Shown here piece after piece: positions 9,052 to 19,914 of a stretch of 64,000 nt of DNA. The stretch lies in assembly GCA_965267575.1 (NCBI GenBank), contig OZ254086.1, positions 3,584,001 through 3,648,000 on the forward strand, read 5' to 3'. The DNA comes from Calditrichales bacterium (GTDB lineage Bacteria > Calditrichota > Calditrichia > Calditrichales > J004). The notes under the pieces are model-generated. The model saw only the letters and a list, made by a program, of their open reading frames with translations. It searched no databases and was not told the origin of the DNA. Numbering within the stretch: the first letter of the stretch is position 1; every line of letters starts with the position of its first letter. The position numbers and the translations under genes are program-made.

Positions 9052-9492
9052 ATGAAAAAAACAGATCCGTTGATAGTCGTTGAAGAAGTTTATAACTGTA
9101 GTCCGGAAAAAGTATGGAATGCTTTGACCAACCCCGACGAAATGCGCCGCTGGTATTTTGACAATATTCCTGATTTTAAAGCCATAACAGGTTTTGAAAC
9201 ACGATTCGACATTAAAAATGAAGGACGGTTGTTCCGCCACCAATGGCGGGTGAAAAAAGTCGAAAGGCAGCGTAAACTGATTTATAACTGGACTTATGAA
9301 CATTATCAGGGTTCATCGGACGCGGTTTTCGAACTTACGCCTCAAGACAATGGCAAAACCCGACTTCGGCTTTCGGTAGAGGTATTAGAAGATTTCCCCG
9401 ATGATGTGCCGGAATTTGATCGCCAAAGCTGTATCGCTGGCTGGGAGTATTTTTTAAACGAAAGACTTAAAAACTACCTCGGGAATGAATAG
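9052..9492 (+). CDS. SRPBCC/AHSA1-like protein
   Basis: 'PEKVWNALTNPDEMRRWYF ... GWEYFL' pattern. Confidence 0.85.
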   Translation: MKKTDPLIVVEEVYNCSPEKVWNALTNPDEMRRWYFDNIPDFKAITGFETRFDIKNEGRLFRHQWRVKKVERQRKLIYNWTYEHYQGSSDAVFELTPQDNGKTRLRLSVEVLEDFPDDVPEFDRQSCIAGWEYFLNERLKNYLGNE

Positions 9493-9545
9493 CTGTCTCG
9501 GGGTCTGGTGGTCTTGATGTCAGGCAGTCCTGAGATCAAGATTCC

Positions 9546-9585
9546 TTAACACTTTAACACTTTAACACTTTAACACCTTAACACA
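9546..9585. repeat. Five-copy 8-bp tandem repeat (TTAACAC-N)
   Basis: TTAACACT x3, TTAACACC, TTAACACA between convergent genes. Confidence 0.9.
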
Positions 9586-9603
9586 TTAGTACATCACCAC
9601 ACT

Positions 9604-10680
9604 TCAGCACTTTTTTATATCAACCGAAGCCGGCGCAGGCGTTTTGAAATATTTTCTCTGAAACCACAAAGCCACGTTTACCAGCGCGATCAGAACGGGC
9701 ACCTCTACCAGCGGACCGATGACAGCCGCAAAGGCTTCCCCGGAATTGATGCCGAAAACAGCGATGGCCACAGCAATGGCCAGCTCGAAATTATTGCTGG
9801 CGGCCGTAAAAGAGAGCGTCGCCGATTTTGAATAATCCGCTCCCACTTTTTTGCTCATAAAAAACGAAACCAGGAACATCACCACAAAATAAATCAAAAG
9901 CGGAATCGCTATCCTGACCACATCAAGGGGTATTTTTACGATGTATTCACCTTTCAAAGAAAACATCACCAGGATTGTAAAGAGCAGGGCGATCAGCGTG
10001 ATGGGGCTGATGCGCGGGATAAAGCTTTTGTGGTACCATTCCTTGCTTTTAGCTTTTATCAAAGAAAAGCGCGTTACAATTCCCGCGATGAACGGTATGC
10101 CCAGATAAATAAAAACGCTTTCGGCGATTTCAGCCATGGTGATATTAACATCTGTCCCGACAAGGCCAAACCATGTGGGCAATATGGTAATAAAGACATA
10201 GGCGTAAACGGAAAAAAACAGCACCTGGAAAACGGAATTAAAGGCCACAAGCCCGGCGGCGTATTCGGTATCGCCTTTCGCCAGCTCGTTCCAGACGATG
10301 ACCATGGCAATGCAGCGCGCCAGGCCGATCAGGATCAAGCCGTACATATAAGAGGGGTAATCGCTCAGGAAAAGAACGGCCAGGGCAAACATCAGTATGG
10401 GGCCGATGAGCCAGTTTTGCACCATCGACAGCGCAAGGATCTTCCAATTACGAAACACTTTGCCAAGGTCTTCATAGCGCACTTTTGCCAGCGGCGGGTA
10501 CATCATCAAAATAAGGCCGGCGGCAATGGCGATGTTGGTTGTGCCGGACTGGAAAATATTCCAGAAATTGACAATGTCCGGGAACATGTAGCCCGAGAAC
10601 ACACCGGCAAACATGGCAGCAAAAATCCACAGTGTTAAATAGCGATCAAGAAAAGAGAGTCCTTTGGAAACAGATTTCAT
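9604..10680 (-). CDS. acr3: ACR3-family arsenite efflux transporter
   Basis: '[13 protein letters not shown]', 'GLARCIAMV', '[11 protein letters not shown]', 'GPLVEVPV'. Confidence 0.95.
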   Translation of the reverse strand: MKSVSKGLSFLDRYLTLWIFAAMFAGVFSGYMFPDIVNFWNIFQSGTTNIAIAAGLILMMYPPLAKVRYEDLGKVFRNWKILALSMVQNWLIGPILMFALAVLFLSDYPSYMYGLILIGLARCIAMVIVWNELAKGDTEYAAGLVAFNSVFQVLFFSVYAYVFITILPTWFGLVGTDVNITMAEIAESVFIYLGIPFIAGIVTRFSLIKAKSKEWYHKSFIPRISPITLIALLFTILVMFSLKGEYIVKIPLDVVRIAIPLLIYFVVMFLVSFFMSKKVGADYSKSATLSFTAASNNFELAIAVAIAVFGINSGEAFAAVIGPLVEVPVLIALVNVALWFQRKYFKTPAPASVDIKKC

Positions 10681-10681
10681 T

Positions 10682-11113
10682 TCATCCTGCTTGGTTATTA
10701 ATGTGTGTTGTATAAAAGGTCTTAAAGTCTCGTTTAATCTCGTCCCTCACTTTGCGGAAAATTTTCAGGACCTCGTCTTCATTCCCCGTTGCCTCCGCGG
10801 GATCTTCAAATCCAATGTGGAGCTGCTTTTTGACTTCCCCGTGAAATAACGGACATGTTTCCTTTGCATTATCGCATACTGTAATTACAAAATCCCATGT
10901 TTTATCGAGATAATCGTCAACATTCTCCGGTTTGCCGTCGCTAATGTCAATGCCCAGTTCGCCCATAACCCTTATCGCGTAGGGGTGAACGCGGCCGGAA
11001 GGATGCGTGCCGGCAGAACGTACCAGAAGTGTCTCATCAAAAGCGCGAAGAAAACCCTCGGCCATCTGGCTGCGGCAAGAATTGCCGGTACATAAAATCA
11101 AAATACTTTTCAC
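10682..11113 (-). CDS. arsC: Arsenate reductase (LMW-PTP/thioredoxin type)
   Basis: [14 protein letters not shown]-loop, VCD..ETCP, FEDP. Start codon is GTG. Confidence 0.95.
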   Translation of the reverse strand: MKSILILCTGNSCRSQMAEGFLRAFDETLLVRSAGTHPSGRVHPYAIRVMGELGIDISDGKPENVDDYLDKTWDFVITVCDNAKETCPLFHGEVKKQLHIGFEDPAEATGNEDEVLKIFRKVRDEIKRDFKTFYTTHINNQAG

Positions 11114-11122
11114 AGATACTCC

Positions 11123-11470
11123 TTAGTCTATCCCGCAAATGACATTGCGGTCTATCGTTTGCACTTTTTGCTTATCCGAAAGCAAAACTTCGTCCGCCGG
11201 AATCCGGGTTGCCAGAAAATTTAAAAACGCGTTTTGCAGGGAGCCCGTCTCAGAACTATTTAGTTTATAATTTACCCATTTTCCGTCTTTTTCAGCTTCA
11301 ATAAGGTCTGCTTCCCGGAGTATGGAAAGATGTTTTGAGACTGTTGAAGTGGCCAGCTGTAATATCTCAACGATTTCGCAGACACACAGCGGTCTTACCT
11401 CCAGCATTTTTACTATGCGCAGGCGGTTCGTGTCGGACAACGCTTTAAATAATTTGGTCGATTGTTTCAT
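11123..11470 (-). CDS. arsR: ArsR/SmtB-family repressor
   Basis: 'FKALSDTNRLRIV...LCVCEI...STVSKHL'; first gene of the ars operon. Confidence 0.92.
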   Translation of the reverse strand: MKQSTKLFKALSDTNRLRIVKMLEVRPLCVCEIVEILQLATSTVSKHLSILREADLIEAEKDGKWVNYKLNSSETGSLQNAFLNFLATRIPADEVLLSDKQKVQTIDRNVICGID

Positions 11471-11475
11471 ATATC

Positions 11476-11495
11476 ATTTCGTTATTTGGCGAAAT
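11476..11495. promoter_or_regulatory. Putative ArsR operator (inverted repeat)
   Basis: ATTTCG-N8-CGAAAT just upstream of the arsR start codon. Confidence 0.5.
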
Positions 11496-11673
11496 ATAAA
11501 TATGTATATGTTCAGGTTCAATATCTGATTGAATTTCTCATTAAAATTTAACGGAGTGCAGATTTCTATGAGTGTGTTAAGAAATGCACACCTCAAATTG
11601 GCATTTTCTGTTATAATTAAGTTCATAGCTTTTAACGATACGATTCTTCCAAAAACAAAAGCAGGGTACCATT

Positions 11674-13830
11674 ATGAGGATAACCATCGCCTACAATCTG
11701 CGCACCGATGACACGGAAGCCACGGCTGAGCTTTTATCCACGGAGGACATAAACCGCATCGAACAGGCCATAAGCAGCTTGCAGCATACGGTTACCGTTG
11801 TTGAAGTTTCCGGGAAGCCCAATGAAGTGGTCGATCGTATTCTCGATAGCGAACCGGACCTGGTCTTTAACCTGGCCGAGGGTACAATCGGCAGTTCGCG
11901 CGAAGCGTTTTATCCGGGATTGTATGAACAAATGGGTATACCATTTACCGGCGGTAACGCGTCGCTGCTACACCTCAACCTGGATAAGCATTTAGCAAAA
12001 ACCGTATTGGCTTCACGCGGAATTGCCGTTCCCAAGGGTGTGCTGGTTACGGAAAAAGAACGCGGCCTGCCGGATGACCTGCAGTATCCGCTTATGATCA
12101 AACCCAACTCCGAGGGTTCAAGTAAAGGGATTACGCAGGACTCCGTTGTGGAAACGCCTGAACAGGCCAACAAAAAAATCGGCAAACTGCTGGGTTCGTA
12201 TCCCGCCGGCCTGGTTGTGGAGGAATTTATTGGCGGGCAGGAATTAAGCGTTCCGCTTGTAGAAAGCTATCCCGGCAAACTGCTGGATATTGTGGAGCAC
12301 ACGTTTGATTTGTCGAAAATTGGTGGCAAGTACAATATTTACGATTACGAAATGAAGCAGGGCGGTGAAGCGGCAAAATCGGTAAGCGTGGTTTGCCCGG
12401 CGGATGTGACGCCGCAACAGGAAAAGGCTGTAAAGGAGATGGCCAGAAGCGTCTTTGAGATTATGTCCTGTCCCGATATGGGCCGTGTGGATATCCGCCT
12501 GCATACAAACGGGCAGCCATATTTTATTGAATTAAATCCTTTGCCCAGCTTACATCCGGCGGCATCGTTGATGACCGCCGCGCGTAACCGCGGACTGGAG
12601 TTTCGCGACGTGATGCGTTTGATCATTCGTTCAGCGGCAAGACGCTACGGCCTGGCCATCCGTCCGGCTAAAAAGGCTATAAAGACCGATAGACCTTCGG
12701 AAGTGCCACGGCCCAGCGCTCGTGAACTCGGTATTCGTACAGGGCGAATGCGGCCCGGCGTGCAAAACGCGATTACCGATGTAAAGGGCGTACGCGTGGG
12801 ACATTTAACGCGCATTGAAGACGACGTACAGATTCCCGGGGGAACGGAAACAAGCAGCATTCGTGCCGGCGTCACGGCCATATTGCCCGCGGGCCAGGCT
12901 TACTCCAATCGACTGGCGGCAGGTGGATTTGTGCTTAACGGCGTTGGAGAAATGGCCGGCCTGACGCAGGTTTTGGAAACAGGCTGGCTGGAAACCCCCA
13001 TTTTATTGACAAACTCCCACTCCGTGGGTCGTGTACACGCCGGCGTTATTAATCACATGGCAAAAAAATATCCGCGCCTGGGTACCGAAAGCGACGTTGT
13101 TTTGCCGGTAGTAGGCGAAGCTGATGACTCCTTTTTGAATGATGTGAGAGTCGGCAGCTGCAGCGCGCAGGATGCCATTAAAGCAATTGAATCGGCTAAA
13201 ACGGGTTCGGTTCTCCAGGGCTCGGTCGGCGCAGGTGCCGGCATGACCAGTTTTGACTTCGCCGGTGGCATTGGCACGGCTTCGCGCGCTTTTGATTTAC
13301 CCGAGGGTCATGCATTTACGATTGGTGTTCTGGTATTATCCAATTTCGGCAAAATGCGCAACCTTACGATTGACGGTGCCGTCGTAGGCCGCCAGCTTGA
13401 TACCGAGTTTGACCGAGCCGGACGGCGCGAAGTATCCGAAGGCTCAGTGATTGTGGTCGTAGCCACCGACGTACCCTTGATCAGCAGTCAGCTGAATCAC
13501 CTCTCCAAAAGAGCTGCGCTTGGATTAGGTCGTACCGGTTCTTATGCCGCCTCATCCAGCGGGGAAATTATCATTGCCTTCAGTACGGGAAATCGTAAAC
13601 CGCGGCCAAGCCGCTCCGGCGATCACCTGATTAATCTTAAACTGATCAGCGAATACCACATTAATACGCTTTACGAAGCCGTTATCGAAGCGACCGAAGA
13701 AGCTGTATTGAATTCTGTATTTTGCTCCAACGGAATGAGCGGACGCCAGGAGCGATGGTGCCCGCCGCTGCCGCATGAGCGCGTGGTGGAACTTTTAACG
13801 AAGGGAAGGGAAATCCATGAAAGTCATTGA
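11674..13830 (+). CDS. Fusion: D-Ala-D-Ala-ligase-like ATP-grasp domain + DmpA/P1 (S58) aminopeptidase
   Basis: N-half: 'VFNLAEG', 'IKPNSEGSSKGI', 'VEEFIGGQE', 'GRVDIRL', 'FIELNPLP'. C-half: 'NAITDVKGVRVGH', 'VLNGVGEMAG', 'GSVGAGAG', 'EGSVIVVVATD', 'SGEIIIAFST'. Confidence 0.88.
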   Translation: MRITIAYNLRTDDTEATAELLSTEDINRIEQAISSLQHTVTVVEVSGKPNEVVDRILDSEPDLVFNLAEGTIGSSREAFYPGLYEQMGIPFTGGNASLLHLNLDKHLAKTVLASRGIAVPKGVLVTEKERGLPDDLQYPLMIKPNSEGSSKGITQDSVVETPEQANKKIGKLLGSYPAGLVVEEFIGGQELSVPLVESYPGKLLDIVEHTFDLSKIGGKYNIYDYEMKQGGEAAKSVSVVCPADVTPQQEKAVKEMARSVFEIMSCPDMGRVDIRLHTNGQPYFIELNPLPSLHPAASLMTAARNRGLEFRDVMRLIIRSAARRYGLAIRPAKKAIKTDRPSEVPRPSARELGIRTGRMRPGVQNAITDVKGVRVGHLTRIEDDVQIPGGTETSSIRAGVTAILPAGQAYSNRLAAGGFVLNGVGEMAGLTQVLETGWLETPILLTNSHSVGRVHAGVINHMAKKYPRLGTESDVVLPVVGEADDSFLNDVRVGSCSAQDAIKAIESAKTGSVLQGSVGAGAGMTSFDFAGGIGTASRAFDLPEGHAFTIGVLVLSNFGKMRNLTIDGAVVGRQLDTEFDRAGRREVSEGSVIVVVATDVPLISSQLNHLSKRAALGLGRTGSYAASSSGEIIIAFSTGNRKPRPSRSGDHLINLKLISEYHINTLYEAVIEATEEAVLNSVFCSNGMSGRQERWCPPLPHERVVELLTKGREIHESH

Positions 13831-14827
13831 AAAGTATAATGACAGTATGCACAATCCATACTGGAAATACCAGCTTGGGCCGGAAGCTTATGAAGTAAAG
13901 GACACACCCAAGAGAGTTGAAAGCATAAAACGTGCCTTGCGAGGTGATGACAACTTTGAGTTTGTTACGGCGAAACGTTTTCCGGATCGTTTGATCACGC
14001 GTATCCACCCCTATCATGATTATATCTTTAATACCGCGAAGAGCCTTAAAGACGACGATGAAGAATTTTATCCCGATTTGTTCCCCGGCGAAGGCGCACA
14101 TTTGGCCAAAAAGATTGATGCGCCGTTATGGGGCGGTATTTGGTGCACCGATGCCGTTACGCCGATTAAGAAAAAGACCTATGAGGTAGCCCGGGCGTCC
14201 GCAGAAACAGCCTTGACCGGTGCGGAGCTGATACGTGATCAAAAAGAAGATGTGGTGTATGCCCTATGCCGGCCTTCGGGTCACCATGCCGGGCCACGGG
14301 TTTTTGGCGGTTATTGCTATTTCAATAACGCGGCCACGGCTGCCGAGTTTTTGCTGCCCGACGGCAAAGTCGCGATCGTCGATATAGATTATCATCACGG
14401 CAATGGGACGCAGGAGTTTTTTGACGAAACCAAATCGGTTTTTACTGCCTCTATCCACGGTGATCCGGAAGTTGAATATCCCTATTTCTGGGGATACGTA
14501 GAAGAAAAAGGCAAAGGCCAGGGTATTGGCACGAACCTTAATGAACCGCTGCCCAAAGGCACGGGCATGGCAGAATTCAGCAAAGCGGTGGAAAGAATCG
14601 CTGACGCAATCCGTTCCTTTGATCCCTCATTTCTGATCATTGCCGCCGGTTTTGACACGCACGTCACGGACCCGATTGGCGGCTTTAAGCTGAAAACGGA
14701 AGACTATGTTACATTGGGCAAGCAATTCAAGGCTCTCGGCCTGCCCACACTTGTCTGTCAGGAAGGCGGCTACAACGTGGATGTGCTGGGTGATTGCGTT
14801 AAGAATTATCTTACGGGACTGATGTAA
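13817..14827 (+). CDS. Histone deacetylase family protein (acetylpolyamine amidohydrolase-like)
   Basis: 'YALCRPSGHHA', 'GYCYFNNAA', 'DIDYHHGNGTQ', 'GFDTH', 'EGGY'. Overlaps the upstream gene by 14 nt. Confidence 0.92.
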   Translation: MKVIEKYNDSMHNPYWKYQLGPEAYEVKDTPKRVESIKRALRGDDNFEFVTAKRFPDRLITRIHPYHDYIFNTAKSLKDDDEEFYPDLFPGEGAHLAKKIDAPLWGGIWCTDAVTPIKKKTYEVARASAETALTGAELIRDQKEDVVYALCRPSGHHAGPRVFGGYCYFNNAATAAEFLLPDGKVAIVDIDYHHGNGTQEFFDETKSVFTASIHGDPEVEYPYFWGYVEEKGKGQGIGTNLNEPLPKGTGMAEFSKAVERIADAIRSFDPSFLIIAAGFDTHVTDPIGGFKLKTEDYVTLGKQFKALGLPTLVCQEGGYNVDVLGDCVKNYLTGLM

Positions 14828-14923
14828 TATCATAATACAGATTAGATTGCTTTGCGCGTATTTTACTTACATAGTCCATAGTTATTTTGTAGCTTGCTAA
14901 GGTTGCATCAAAAAGGCCTGACT

Positions 14924-15301
14924 ATGCCGGTGCGAGTTGATATCAGGAAGGATGAAAATCTGACCATATTTACCGCCAGCGGTGAGCTTACTTTCTCCGA
15001 GCAGATGGACGCGCTCCGGTCATTCTATGATGGCGAGCCTACCCCTTATGTTATTTGGGATTTCAGGCAAATTAGCGGCAACAGGATTTCTTCCGCTGAA
15101 CTGCGGAATATTATCGAATTTGTCAAACGGCATACGCAAAAACGTACCACAGGCCGCACCGCCCTGGTAACATCTTCGGACCTGGATTTCGGTCTTTCAC
15201 GGATGGGCGCCATCATCTCTGACCTGGAATTATTACCCTGGACAATAAGGCCGTTCCGCGACCTTGACGAGGCCCTTAATTGGATCAGCCAACATAAATA
15301 G
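14924..15301 (+). CDS. Hypothetical protein, STAS/SEC14 (SpoIIAA-like) fold
   Basis: 'VIWDFR...RTALVTSSDLDFGLSRM...FRDLDEALNWI' pattern. Confidence 0.7.
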   Translation: MPVRVDIRKDENLTIFTASGELTFSEQMDALRSFYDGEPTPYVIWDFRQISGNRISSAELRNIIEFVKRHTQKRTTGRTALVTSSDLDFGLSRMGAIISDLELLPWTIRPFRDLDEALNWISQHK

Positions 15302-15338
15302 AATTAATCTGCTCATAGTACACATACCTATAGAGATA

Positions 15339-16553
15339 TTAAACCTTCACAATTTTTTCCAATTGATCAAACTCAATTAAGAACGCGTCATGACCATGTA
15401 TTGAATCTATCTCGGCATAGCTTGCTTTGGGAATGGCGGCCGCTATCTGCCTCTGCTCGCCGGCCGGATAAAGCACGTCGCTATTGATACCTATGCATAG
15501 GGTTTTTGCCTTTATCGAACCCAGTGTTTCATCCAAACTGCCACGGCCACGCGCCACATCATGGCTGTCCATGGCGCGCGTGATAGCGATGTAGCTGTTG
15601 GCGTCGAAACGCTTAACCAGCTTTTTACCCTGGTATTGCAGATAGCTTTCTATCTGGTAGCGGGGCGTATTATCAAAGGGCCCGGGTGAGCTGCCGTTGC
15701 CATTTCCGTTCAGCGTTTCGCGTCCCTGGCGCTGCTGAAAAGAGAGCGGGCTGCGGTATGTAACCATCGCAATAGCCCGTGCCAGTGCCAGACCATCCCG
15801 CGGTTGCTGCGTGTAGCGGCCGTTTTTCCACGCCGGATCATTCATGATGGCCATGCGCGCGCTTTCATTCAGCCCGATGGCCCATGGCGAGTGCTGTGCC
15901 GCTGTTGCAATCGGTACGATTGTTTCAACAAAATCCGGAAAACACAACGCCCACTCCAGCACCTGCATGCCTCCCAGGGAACCGCCGATGACGTATTGCA
16001 GCCGTGTAACGCCCAGAGCGTCCAGCAGGCGTTTTTGCAGATGTACCATATCACGTATTGTAATTGCCGGGAAGTCTATCGCGTACGGTTTTCCTGTTTC
16101 GGGATTGCTTTCGGCGGGACCGCTTGTGCCGTAGCAACTGCCCAGAATATTGCTGCAAATGACGCTGTATTTTGTCGTATCCAAGACTTTGCCCGGGCCG
16201 ATTAGCGGATCCCACCAGCCGGATTGTTCGGCAGCAAGGGGCGTAAACGGGCTGGTTGAACGTGCCCGTTTCAGGCTTCCGGGTAAAGGCTCCGCAGGCA
16301 GGTCTGCGGCATGGGCGCTGCCGGTGAGGGCGTGACAAACCAGGATGGCATTATCTCCGGCGGCATTTAGCGCGCCGTATTGCTCATAAGCTATCTTTGC
16401 CGCTGCCAGCGATTGCCCGGACTCCAATACAAACGGATCTCCGGGCGCAGCCAGTTCGACGACATTGGACGTAGCCATCATTGAGTTTTGCTCAATATGG
16501 TCAACTGCATTTTCATTGCCCTCGTGTTCAGGCGCTTTGAATAAGTGATTCAT
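15339..16553 (-). CDS. metX: Homoserine O-acyltransferase (MetX)
   Basis: 'HALTG', 'GWWD', 'GGSLGGMQ' nucleophile motif, 'HGHDAFL'. Confidence 0.93.
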   Translation of the reverse strand: MNHLFKAPEHEGNENAVDHIEQNSMMATSNVVELAAPGDPFVLESGQSLAAAKIAYEQYGALNAAGDNAILVCHALTGSAHAADLPAEPLPGSLKRARSTSPFTPLAAEQSGWWDPLIGPGKVLDTTKYSVICSNILGSCYGTSGPAESNPETGKPYAIDFPAITIRDMVHLQKRLLDALGVTRLQYVIGGSLGGMQVLEWALCFPDFVETIVPIATAAQHSPWAIGLNESARMAIMNDPAWKNGRYTQQPRDGLALARAIAMVTYRSPLSFQQRQGRETLNGNGNGSSPGPFDNTPRYQIESYLQYQGKKLVKRFDANSYIAITRAMDSHDVARGRGSLDETLGSIKAKTLCIGINSDVLYPAGEQRQIAAAIPKASYAEIDSIHGHDAFLIEFDQLEKIVKV

Positions 16554-17958
16554 TTTTTCCTATGGTTTGGGGGTATTGGGTTACAAAAACATCGTGCAGC
16601 AGGTTAAGTGCTCGCCGCACATCGTTTATGCTTACTAGCAAGCTGATGTTATTGCCGGTGACGCCAAAGGTATAACCGCCAAGGGCGACTCCCTGCTTTT
16701 CAAGCGTTGAGAAGAGTTGTGCGGAAACATCCACGCGTGTTGTTATGCCGCTTCCGATCAGCGCGATCAGCGCATTGTCCTCTTCAAGGCGCAGGTCACC
16801 CAGCGTGCTGTCTCCGGCCATCAGCAATTCATTGTGCAGATCGTGACGCAGCTCGCGGACGTGTTTTGTGTGTACGGCCAGGCTGAACGAAGCATCCGAA
16901 GAACTCTGGCTGACCATCAGCGGCTGGATGTCCAGACGATTGAGGATGTTGAAAAAGCGCTCGGCCAGGTGCGCGCTAAGCCCCGGCTTACATGCGGTCA
17001 CGCGCAGAACAGTCACATCGTTAATGGCGCTGAGCACCTTTACCGGGCGCTCGCCGGCAGGAGCGTCGTTTTGGATCAGCGTTCCTGCGGCCGGCGGGTA
17101 GCTGCTGTTTTTCATCAAAACGGGAATGGACGCCTTTTCCAGTGGCAGAATGCTTTTAGGGTGTAGGACCTTGGCCCCGAAAAACGCCAGCTCCGCCGCT
17201 TCGCGATAGGAAATCGTACTCAGCAGCCTGGCATTGGACACCAGCGTGGGATCACTGGAAAGCACGCCATCCACATCACTCCAGATTTCAACGCATTCAG
17301 CGCCGAGAGCCGCAGCGAAAATGGTGGCCGAATAATCGGAGCCGTCGCGTCCCAGCGTTGTGACATCGCCGTCTTCCGTGGCGCCAAGAAAACCGGCCAC
17401 CACGGTTACCGTATCCGGCTGCAAATTACCGACGCGTTGGCGCACCCGAGTTTGTGTCTCTTCAAAACGCACCCGGGCGTTACCGAAATGATCATTGGTC
17501 AGGATCAGCTCTTCGGCAGCCGGCGCTTCGGTTTTGATACCGCGGGCGCGCAACGTTCCGGCCACAATCGCCTGGGAAATACGTTCGCCACTGCTTAGAA
17601 TTGTGTCCCGGACACGCGGTGGACATTCGCCCAAAAGCGCCACGCCGGTCAGGCGCCGTTCCAGCAGAAGACGTTGTGCTTCCAGCACAGCAAGGGCCTC
17701 CAGCAAAAAGGCACCTTTCAGCAGGCAGTTGATCACCCCCTTGTGCTCTTCATACAGTTCATTGACAATCCTGCGTGGTGCTTTTTCATCCCGCAGACTT
17801 TGCTCGATAGCGGCCACGAGTCGGTTGGTTACGCCGCCCAGGGCTGAGACGACAACCAGCAGCGGCCTTTGCCGGCAGGCGCGGATTATAATATCCGCCG
17901 CCCGCCCGATGGCTTCAGCCGTGGCCAGCGAGGTGCCGCCAAATTTTAGTACTTTCAT
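16528..17958 (-). CDS. Aspartate kinase (monofunctional, with ACT domains)
   Basis: 'KFGGTS', 'TTLGRDGSDYSA', 'WSDVDGV', 'FFGAKVLHP'. Confidence 0.92.
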   Translation of the reverse strand: MKVLKFGGTSLATAEAIGRAADIIIRACRQRPLLVVVSALGGVTNRLVAAIEQSLRDEKAPRRIVNELYEEHKGVINCLLKGAFLLEALAVLEAQRLLLERRLTGVALLGECPPRVRDTILSSGERISQAIVAGTLRARGIKTEAPAAEELILTNDHFGNARVRFEETQTRVRQRVGNLQPDTVTVVAGFLGATEDGDVTTLGRDGSDYSATIFAAALGAECVEIWSDVDGVLSSDPTLVSNARLLSTISYREAAELAFFGAKVLHPKSILPLEKASIPVLMKNSSYPPAAGTLIQNDAPAGERPVKVLSAINDVTVLRVTACKPGLSAHLAERFFNILNRLDIQPLMVSQSSSDASFSLAVHTKHVRELRHDLHNELLMAGDSTLGDLRLEEDNALIALIGSGITTRVDVSAQLFSTLEKQGVALGGYTFGVTGNNISLLVSINDVRRALNLLHDVFVTQYPQTIGKNESLIQSA

Positions 17959-17964
17959 GAATAA

Positions 17965-19398
<1,434 letters not shown>

Positions 19399-19408
19399 TT
19401 AATTTGGC

Positions 19409-19449
19409 CAAAAAAAATCCTCTCCCGGAAGACCGGAAGAGGATTTCTT
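19409..19449 (-). terminator. Intrinsic terminator (SAM riboswitch expression platform)
   Basis: Minus strand AAATCCTCTTCCGG-TCTT-CCGGGAGAGGATTT followed by a T-run. Confidence 0.85.
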
Positions 19450-19467
19450 TATTTAAAAGATTCTCTT

Positions 19468-19574
19468 CTCTCATCTTCCTTCGGTTTTCACCGGAGCAGG
19501 AATTAGCACCTTGTCTCACCGGACAGGTTGCTAAGGCATCACAGGGCCAGTCCCTCCGCCTTTCTCGATAAGAG
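19468..19574 (-). promoter_or_regulatory. SAM-I (S-box) riboswitch
   Basis: Minus strand CTCTTATCGAGAAAGGCGGAGGGACTGGCCCTGTGATGCCTTAGCAACC...GGTGCTAATTCC...GAAGATGAGAG matches the S-box consensus; upstream of metY. Confidence 0.95.
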
Positions 19575-19627
19575 AGCTATGTTTAGATTTTGTCTGTTAC
19601 TGCGTTATTGTCCTCATTTTCAGATAC

Positions 19628-19660
19628 AAAAAAGCCCTCCAACCGATTGATTGAAGGGCT
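19628..19660 (-). terminator. Attenuator terminator downstream of the leader peptide
   Basis: Minus strand AGCCCTTCAA-TCAATCGG-TTGGAGGGCT-TTTTT. Confidence 0.85.
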
Positions 19661-19689
19661 ACACTTTTTATGACGATCTGTATCGTGCG

Positions 19690-19770
19690 TTACAACCCTC
19701 CAACCGGAGACATACACTCCATACACATCATCATGCAGCAGATATTTTGTGAAGGGCTGAAACGTGTCAT
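19690..19770 (-). CDS. 26-aa Cys/Met-rich attenuation leader peptide (MTRFSPSQNICCMMMCMECMSPVGGL)
   Basis: Translated by hand. 9 of codons 11-20 are Cys or Met. Lies between a sigma70 promoter and a terminator. Confidence 0.8.
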   Translation of the reverse strand: MTRFSPSQNICCMMMCMECMSPVGGL

Positions 19771-19810
19771 TTTGTAATTCCGGTTAAAGGCTGTTTGTTT
19801 GTTCGCGTTC

Positions 19811-19839
19811 ATAATAGGGCATTATTTTATTTTTGTCAA
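19811..19839 (-). promoter_or_regulatory. Sigma70-type promoter of the met leader region
   Basis: Minus strand TTGACA-17 nt-TATTAT. Confidence 0.75.
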
Positions 19840-19914
19840 TAGCCTTTTCTTACAAAAAGAGAATTTGATGGAAATTTCTTAAAAAAGTAAGGATTTTGAC
19901 ACGAAAGCTTGCTA

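Noticed and set aside
9546..9585. Possible CRISPR array
   Set aside because: The units are 8 bp with no spacers, and no cas genes are in the window.
11674..12660. Calling this domain the cell-wall ddl
   Set aside because: It lacks the canonical N-terminal GGxSxE and LHG motifs, is fused to a peptidase, and is not in a dcw context.
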